From Actinomycetes bacterium (GTDB taxonomy: Bacteria; Actinomycetota; Acidimicrobiia; Spongiisociales; UBA5794): 52,849 nt of DNA. Where the stretch lies: assembly GCA_023336815.1 (NCBI GenBank), contig JAMBLJ010000054.1:1-52849 (forward strand), given 5' to 3'. Below, one piece after another: positions 46,914 through 52,849 of this stretch. A program made the translations under genes and the position numbers. Under the pieces are notes generated by a model. It saw only the letters and a list, made by a program, of their open reading frames with translations, did no database searches and was not told the origin of the DNA. Every line of letters begins with the position of its first letter. Position 1 is the first letter of the stretch.

Positions 46914-48391
46914 TGGGAAATGCATCGTATCTTGCCGTGGCATTCGAGGGCATCCTTCTCATCGGTGCACTGGTCGTCCTCCTCGTCGCTGTAGTAGCCG
47001 GACGAAGCCGTGCAGTGTGGGCTCCAATAGCTGGAGCATCCTTCTTGCTCGCAGCCCTTGCCGGCGTGCTTCAGTGGATCGAGGTGGAGAACGGCGGGGG
47101 AGGCATGTTCTTCTCAGCCCAGAATCTCCAGGTCATCAAGTCCCCGATGGTGGTCCTTGATGGCTTCTCCGCGATGGCTTCCATCGTTCTGGGTCTTGTT
47201 GGTTTCACTGCGATGCTGGGATCCTGGGATCTCGTAGCGAAGGTCGGAAAACGGTCTGCCGAGTTCGTTGCTTTGTCGCTACTCGCCTTCGCGGGTCTTC
47301 ACATGATGGCTGCAACACCGAACCTGGTTGTGATTTTCATCGGTCTCGAGACAGCCTCTATCAGCTTCTACGTTCTCGCCGGTTTCATCAGGGCTGACGT
47401 CAAGTCCGACGAGTCAGCCCTCAAGTACTTCCTTCTGGGCAGCCTTGCATCGGCGCTGTTCCTCTACGGAATCGCCTTGACGTTCGCTGCGACCGGATCG
47501 TTGACGATCTACGGCGTCAACTCGATCAGGGACTTCTTCTCCGAGACTGTCGTCAGCGACCCAGGCATCTTGCTCGTTGGCATGGCTCTGATGCTCGTTG
47601 GGTTGATGTTCAAGATATCGGCCGCTCCGTTTCACCAATGGGCGCCCGATGTCTATCAAGGGGCTCCGAGCGGCGCCGTTGGACTGATGGCAGCAGGTGT
47701 CAAGATCGCTGGCTTCGCTGCCCTCGGTCGGATCTTCGTAGGCGGTTTCATTTCACAGATCGACACGTGGGGTCCGATCGTCGCTGTGATAGCGGCGCTT
47801 TCGATGGTGATCGGCACGACCATGGCTCTTGTTCAAACAGATATGAAGCGTCTCGTTGCCTATTCAGGTGTTGCCCACTCGGGGTATCTTCTGTTGACAC
47901 TCCTCGCCGGTGTCGAGGGAATGTCGGCAATGTGGTTCTATCTCGCGACCTACCCGTTCATGATCGTAGGAACATTCGCCATCATCTCCACCGTCTCGGG
48001 TCCTACATCGACATCCTCGCCGATAGAGGCGATGCGCGGTCTGTCCCGCCGCTCGCCTGAGATGGGTTGGTTGCTTGCAATATTCATGTTTGGCATGTCT
48101 GGTATGCCATTCTTTGCGGGGTTCGTTGGGAAGATCCTCGCGTTCATCGCCGCTGGAGACGCTGGCTATATCTGGCTCGTCGTCGTCGCAACCCTCACCA
48201 CTGTGATCGGCTTCGCCTTCTACCTCAGAGTTGTCGCGACGGTCTTTTCCGGGGAGGACGACGACACCACCATGATCGATCCGACGTTGTCTTCACGGTT
48301 CGCCGTCGTGATCGGTGCGACTGTCACCGTAGTTTTCGGTATCGTCCCATGGATACTCATAGACGTGGTACGTGACGCCCTTCCCCTCTAA
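46913..48391 (+). CDS. nuoN: NADH-quinone oxidoreductase subunit N
   Basis: ESALKYF, FKISAAPFHQWAPDVYQGAP. Confidence 0.96.
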   Translation: MGNASYLAVAFEGILLIGALVVLLVAVVAGRSRAVWAPIAGASFLLAALAGVLQWIEVENGGGGMFFSAQNLQVIKSPMVVLDGFSAMASIVLGLVGFTAMLGSWDLVAKVGKRSAEFVALSLLAFAGLHMMAATPNLVVIFIGLETASISFYVLAGFIRADVKSDESALKYFLLGSLASALFLYGIALTFAATGSLTIYGVNSIRDFFSETVVSDPGILLVGMALMLVGLMFKISAAPFHQWAPDVYQGAPSGAVGLMAAGVKIAGFAALGRIFVGGFISQIDTWGPIVAVIAALSMVIGTTMALVQTDMKRLVAYSGVAHSGYLLLTLLAGVEGMSAMWFYLATYPFMIVGTFAIISTVSGPTSTSSPIEAMRGLSRRSPEMGWLLAIFMFGMSGMPFFAGFVGKILAFIAAGDAGYIWLVVVATLTTVIGFAFYLRVVATVFSGEDDDTTMIDPTLSSRFAVVIGATVTVVFGIVPWILIDVVRDALPL

Positions 48392-49925
48392 ACACAAATC
48401 GGTAGCTCTCCCAAGGCGATTCGCCATTGGGTTCATCGCCATAGTCGCTATCGCCGTGCCGTCGATGAGTACGCTCGCCTCGATCGTTACGACCGACATC
48501 TTTATTGTGCGCGAAGAACAACCGCTTGGCGAGGATGTGTACGTCACATCAGTTTCGGGGAGGGTCGAGGGGGTGATTGATGGGGACCTGACCATCTTCA
48601 CCGGCAACCTCGTTATCACGGGAAGAGTGACTGGGTCGGTGACTGTGTTCTCGTCGGGATCAGTTGTCGTTGAGCCGACCGGACGCGTCGACGGGTCACT
48701 TCGAGGGGCTGCAGCGAGCGTCACGATCGATGGCAGAGTTGGGGACGACGTCTTTCTTACGGCACCCTCGGTTGTGATCGAAGAGATAGGCTCGATCGGA
48801 CGCGATGCCGTGATCTTTGGAGGGACCGGTCGTATCGAAGGTTCGGTCGGTCGCGATGTGCGCGGACGAACGATTCGGCTCGTGGTCGATGGTTCAGTAG
48901 GTGGTGACCTGGACGTAGCAACCCAGAAACTGGAGTTCGGACCCCAAGCCGACATCGACAAGGATGTTCTGTACCGGTCGCCTGTGGAGGCGAGCATTGC
49001 TGAGGATGCGCGCATCGGGGGTACGGTCACCCGGCTACCGACCCAGAGCAACTTCGTGTACGGGATCATGCTCGCTCTTGCGAACGTCGTTGGGTTTCTC
49101 GGATTCGTGGTTGCGGGCCTGGCCCTGCTCTGGGCGATGCGTCGGACTGGTTCACGCGCAGTCGGAGCCGTGCTGACACGCCCTGTCCGGTCGTTTCTTG
49201 TCGGCGTACTCGCTGTCGTTGTTCTCCCAGTCCTCATCGCAGTGCTTGGGATCACGCTCGTTGGGCTTCCGCTCGCGTTCATTGGAGTTCTTCTTGGTGC
49301 CGCGCTGTTCGTCGTTGGCCCAGTTCCAGCGATCACGGCTCTCGGCAACCGGGTGCTGCTCCGCAGGGGTGGCTTGTTCGGAGCGTTCCTTGCGGGGGCG
49401 ATACTGTGGCGCCTCGGGATCTGGTTCGTTCCCGTTGTTGGGGGATTCCTCTACGCCATCGGTCTTGTGTGGGGTGTTGGCGGGTGGGTCCTTGGCGCTA
49501 TTGCCGCACGAAGAGGAGATCCCATACCTGTGGAGCTGTTGCCGCAGGCGATGATCGCCGAATCGGAGATCCCCCCGGACTGGGACCCCCCACGTGCACC
49601 TGGTCGAGCCGTGGCTGTTGCAACTCACGCCGGGTTGCCTCAGGATGATCAGACGCTCGAGGAGGACATCGAACTCGAAGAGGTCGCCGACGGTTCTTCC
49701 GACCCATCGGAGGAATCGATCGCCTTCTTCCGCGATGCCGAGGGTGACAACACACCCGAATCAGTGGATGACGAGGCCGATGTCAGCGACATCGCAGAGG
49801 GTGATGTCGTGACGAACACGGCTGAGGAGGATGTCGTGATCGACGACGAGGTTCGGGGTCAGGATGAAGAAGGCGATGATGATCGACCGCCACCCTCAGC
49901 TGATTCGTGGGGTCTCCCCGGCTGA
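48372..49925 (+). CDS. Bactofilin-like beta-helix repeat protein with membrane domain and acidic tail
   Basis: Repeated (V/I)xGxVxGD/S units, about 5-6 TM, D/E-rich C-terminus; start uncertain. Confidence 0.75.
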   Translation: MTPFPSKHKSVALPRRFAIGFIAIVAIAVPSMSTLASIVTTDIFIVREEQPLGEDVYVTSVSGRVEGVIDGDLTIFTGNLVITGRVTGSVTVFSSGSVVVEPTGRVDGSLRGAAASVTIDGRVGDDVFLTAPSVVIEEIGSIGRDAVIFGGTGRIEGSVGRDVRGRTIRLVVDGSVGGDLDVATQKLEFGPQADIDKDVLYRSPVEASIAEDARIGGTVTRLPTQSNFVYGIMLALANVVGFLGFVVAGLALLWAMRRTGSRAVGAVLTRPVRSFLVGVLAVVVLPVLIAVLGITLVGLPLAFIGVLLGAALFVVGPVPAITALGNRVLLRRGGLFGAFLAGAILWRLGIWFVPVVGGFLYAIGLVWGVGGWVLGAIAARRGDPIPVELLPQAMIAESEIPPDWDPPRAPGRAVAVATHAGLPQDDQTLEEDIELEEVADGSSDPSEESIAFFRDAEGDNTPESVDDEADVSDIAEGDVVTNTAEEDVVIDDEVRGQDEEGDDDRPPPSADSWGLPG

Positions 49926-49938
49926 ACCGGCAACAACC

Positions 49939-50970
49939 TCAGTGGAGACCCGATGCCGTCTCGTACACGATCGAATCCACGACCTCGACATCGACCCTGT
50001 CGCCTATCAATATGCGGTTCGCTGTTGGCACAAGGGCTTCGATCCGTTCTCCGCCTGCAAGTTCGATCTCGACGAGCTGATCATGTCCGTAGAACTCTCG
50101 ATCGGTAATACATCCGGCCCCGTCATCTGAGACCCTGGGAGCGATCCATTCCGGCCGGATCATGACCTCGGCATGGGAGCCTGCTGGAAGCGATGTTGTG
50201 ATCGGTCCCAGAACGGTTGCCACCGATCCGTTTTCAACCACGCCGGGAAGGAGGATCGCGTCACCCAGGAATCGTGCCACCCATGGGTTGATCGGCTGTG
50301 CGTACACATCATCAGGAATCCCTGATTGCACGATTCTGCCATCGCTCATGATCGCTATGACATCCGCTATAGCAAGTGCCTCTGCTTGATCATGGGTGAC
50401 GAATACAGCTGTGGCACCGGCACCTCGGAGAATACGTCTGAGCTCCCGCCGCATCCGCTCGCGTTGGGGTGCGTCGAGGTTGGAGAACGGTTCGTCGAGC
50501 AGCACGACATCCGGCGCCGGTGCGAGCGCACGGGCGAGAGCGACTCGTTGTTGCTCGCCGCCTGAGAGTTCATGGGGAAAACGAGAGCCATGGTCTTCGA
50601 GACCCACGAGTTTGAGGACATCGTGAACGCGTTGGACGCGGTCTGCGCCGCGTACGCCGTAACCGACGTTCTCAGCAACAGAGACGTGTGGAAACAACGC
50701 GTATTCCTGGAACACCATGCCGACATTGCGCTTCTCCGGTGGGATGTCCTTGCCGGCCCCTACGACGATCGTGTCCCTGATCGCGACAGTTCCGGAATCA
50801 GGGTGCTCGAAACCAGCGATCACACGCAACGCGGTGGTCTTGCCGCATCCCGACGGGCCGACGAGTGCAACAAGAGACCCCTGTGGGACGTCGAGCGAGA
50901 AATCATCGAGCGCGACGGCATCACCAAACGAAACCGATACACCTGTGACCGAGATCAGCGGACCTGTCAT
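49939..50970 (-). CDS. Fe3+-type ABC transporter ATP-binding protein (FbpC-like)
   Basis: GPSGCGKT, LSGGEQQ, LLDEPFSNLD, TOBE-like tail. Confidence 0.92.
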   Translation of the reverse strand: MTGPLISVTGVSVSFGDAVALDDFSLDVPQGSLVALVGPSGCGKTTALRVIAGFEHPDSGTVAIRDTIVVGAGKDIPPEKRNVGMVFQEYALFPHVSVAENVGYGVRGADRVQRVHDVLKLVGLEDHGSRFPHELSGGEQQRVALARALAPAPDVVLLDEPFSNLDAPQRERMRRELRRILRGAGATAVFVTHDQAEALAIADVIAIMSDGRIVQSGIPDDVYAQPINPWVARFLGDAILLPGVVENGSVATVLGPITTSLPAGSHAEVMIRPEWIAPRVSDDGAGCITDREFYGHDQLVEIELAGGERIEALVPTANRILIGDRVDVEVVDSIVYETASGLH

Positions 50971-52604
50971 ACCTCCACCACATCCTTGGATCGAATGGAA
51001 AGGTAATAGACCGGGACAACTGAGACAGCGATAAGGAGCAAGGACGATGTCGCAGCTCGTGCGTAGAGCAATTCATCTGCGGCGGACCATATGCGAACCG
51101 CGAGGGTCGTGAACCCCGGGGGACTCAAGAGGAGTGTTGCGGGAAGTTCCTTGATCGTCGTAACGAATACAAGGGCACCGCCCGCCAACAGACCGCGAGA
51201 TATAAGCGGAAGGGTGACCTTGACGTAGGTCATGATCGGGCCGTGCCCGAGCGAACGCGACGCGTCTTCGAGTGCAGGGTTTACCTGGAGCAGCGAGGCC
51301 TTGGCTGATGATGTTGCCTGTGCGAGGAACATCGCTGCATACACGAGAGCCAGAACGAGGATCGACTGATATACGGGCCGGGCGTAGCGAATCGTGAAAG
51401 CTACGACGGCGATGGCGATCGTGATGTGTGGCAGGGAGAAGATGGTGAACACCACTCGTTCGAGCCAGTGGGTGGAACGAGAAGCGAATCGAACGGTGAG
51501 AACTGTTATCGGGATCGCCGCCGCCATTGCAAGACCGGCAGCGAACGTACCCGCCGTGAGGGACCCCATCACCGCTCGCCACGACACAGCGATGTTGGTG
51601 CCCGCAGCGAGGCCACGCACGACCCAGATGCTGAGCACGCTGACAGGAACGAAGATGCCGATCGCGGTGACGGTGGTCAGACTGAGGATGGCCGTTGTGC
51701 GTTGGGGCGGGGTCAAGCGGTAGATCGATGGTGGCCGCGACGTTGAGCGTGAGAAGTATGTGCCCTTTCCCCGTGTGCGTTGCTCGCCCCAGATGAAGAC
51801 TCCCGCAATCATGATGAGAACGATGGATAGAACGATTGCTGGTGTTCTGTCGAGTCGACCCGAGTATTGGGCGTAGATCACACGCGTGAACGCGTCGAAC
51901 CGCATCAGGGACACTGCTCCAAAATCTGAGAGTGTGTAGAGCGCAGCGAGCAGAGCTCCTGCACCGATCGCGGGACGTAATTGAGGCAAAACGACGGTCC
52001 AAAAAACACGGCCGGGTGAGGCTCCCAGCCCTCGTGCGGCCTCCTCGAGGGAAGGATCCACTTTGCGGATCGCGGCGGCAGTGATGAGATACACATACGG
52101 GTATGTGGTGATCGTCAGTGCGAGCCATGCCCCCGGAAGACCGATCAGGTGAGGAATTTCCAACCCTGTGATGTCGGCGAATACCCCTCTGGGGCCCGTC
52201 CCTGAGATGAAGGCAAGCGCAACGACATAGGAAGGGATGACAAGTGGGAGCGCAAAGGCAACCCCCCAGATCCGTTTGAAGGCGATGTCGGTGCGTGCGA
52301 GGACCCAGGCTCCACCGACGCCGATCACGATCGCTGAGAACGTCACGACTCCGGTCAACAGGAAGCTACGACCTGCGAGACGCAGCGTTCTGAACGAGAA
52401 CAGGGTGGCCCACGCTGCATCAGTAGCGCCGGCCGCCCTTCCAAACAGGAAGAGGACAGGAAGTGCAACAGGGACGAGCACCGCAAGGGCGGCGGCCCAC
52501 AGCCACCACGGAGGTCGCCTCCGTGACTCCTTGACTCTTCCCGGTGATGCCGCTGGTGTCCCTGCAACAACGTGTACCTCAATGACCGGGTCGCGTCCGT
52601 TCAC
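50967..52604 (-). CDS. Fe3+-type ABC transporter permease (FbpB-like)
   Basis: Two EAA loops (EEAARGLG, EDASRSLG), PLVIPSYV, KELPATL. Confidence 0.92.
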   Translation of the reverse strand: MNGRDPVIEVHVVAGTPAASPGRVKESRRRPPWWLWAAALAVLVPVALPVLFLFGRAAGATDAAWATLFSFRTLRLAGRSFLLTGVVTFSAIVIGVGGAWVLARTDIAFKRIWGVAFALPLVIPSYVVALAFISGTGPRGVFADITGLEIPHLIGLPGAWLALTITTYPYVYLITAAAIRKVDPSLEEAARGLGASPGRVFWTVVLPQLRPAIGAGALLAALYTLSDFGAVSLMRFDAFTRVIYAQYSGRLDRTPAIVLSIVLIMIAGVFIWGEQRTRGKGTYFSRSTSRPPSIYRLTPPQRTTAILSLTTVTAIGIFVPVSVLSIWVVRGLAAGTNIAVSWRAVMGSLTAGTFAAGLAMAAAIPITVLTVRFASRSTHWLERVVFTIFSLPHITIAIAVVAFTIRYARPVYQSILVLALVYAAMFLAQATSSAKASLLQVNPALEDASRSLGHGPIMTYVKVTLPLISRGLLAGGALVFVTTIKELPATLLLSPPGFTTLAVRIWSAADELLYARAATSSLLLIAVSVVPVYYLSIRSKDVVEV

Positions 52605-52849
52605 AGAAGCCCGGCTCGAGCGACGAGGTCTGTTGCGGTGTCGAGAACCGACGCGAGGTCCGAGAGATCGATGGCTGGTGTCGGGATCGTATCTATTGGT
52701 GGAAGTCGGGGATCGGCAGCGATGCCGGGCACGAGGGGATACTCGAACGTTTCATCTGCGAAGTAGGTCTGAGCATCGTTGTTGAGGAGAAAAGCGACGA
52801 AACGTGTTGCGGCCTCAATGTTGCTTGAGCTGGCGAGAACGCCCGCTCC
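52601..52849 (-). CDS. C-terminal part of an Fe3+ ABC substrate-binding protein (truncated by the window edge)
   Basis: Open frame GAGVLASS...AQTYFADETFEYPL...AGLL*, GTGA overlap with the permease. Confidence 0.8.
   Translation of the reverse strand, partial: GAGVLASSSNIEAATRFVAFLLNNDAQTYFADETFEYPLVPGIAADPRLPPIDTIPTPAIDLSDLASVLDTATDLVARAGLL

Overview
GC-rich, gene-dense chromosomal window, most likely from an actinobacterium of the Acidimicrobiia type. This is inferred from mshA, an RsiG/AmfC-like gene, Rex, a split b6-type cytochrome bc complex and many leaderless genes. No mobile elements, CRISPR, rRNA or tRNA were recognised. The left third holds an MFS transporter, an acyl-CoA synthetase, a Clp1-type polynucleotide kinase, an rsiG-like/asparaginase/GNAT/mshA operon, an M23 peptidase, a MoaD-like membrane fusion, the homogentisate pathway (hppD, hmgA, unknown gene, fahA) and ppk2. 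From about 22 to 48 kb lies a respiratory supercluster: a prenyl reductase, a repeat-bearing cytochrome c, a cbb3 CcoN-CcoO-like fusion, a divergent ferredoxin/cytochrome b6/subunit IV/Rieske/dihaem cytochrome c operon, rex and nuoA-N. An Fe3+ ABC transporter ends the window. Best candidate for an undescribed system (23.2-32.7 kb): the CcoN-like domain appears to lack all six haem/copper His ligands while its fused cytochrome c is intact. An unnamed ~40-aa helical repeat is also shared between the neighbouring cytochrome c and bc subunit IV. Other highlights are a putative ~80-nt sRNA with its own promoter below a DnaA-box cluster, a ubiquitin-like/pseudo-CdsA fusion, a 31-aa leaderless membrane peptide, a twin-hairpin REP-like family and heptamer tandem tracts. 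All family calls come from motifs recognised by eye; no database searches were run.
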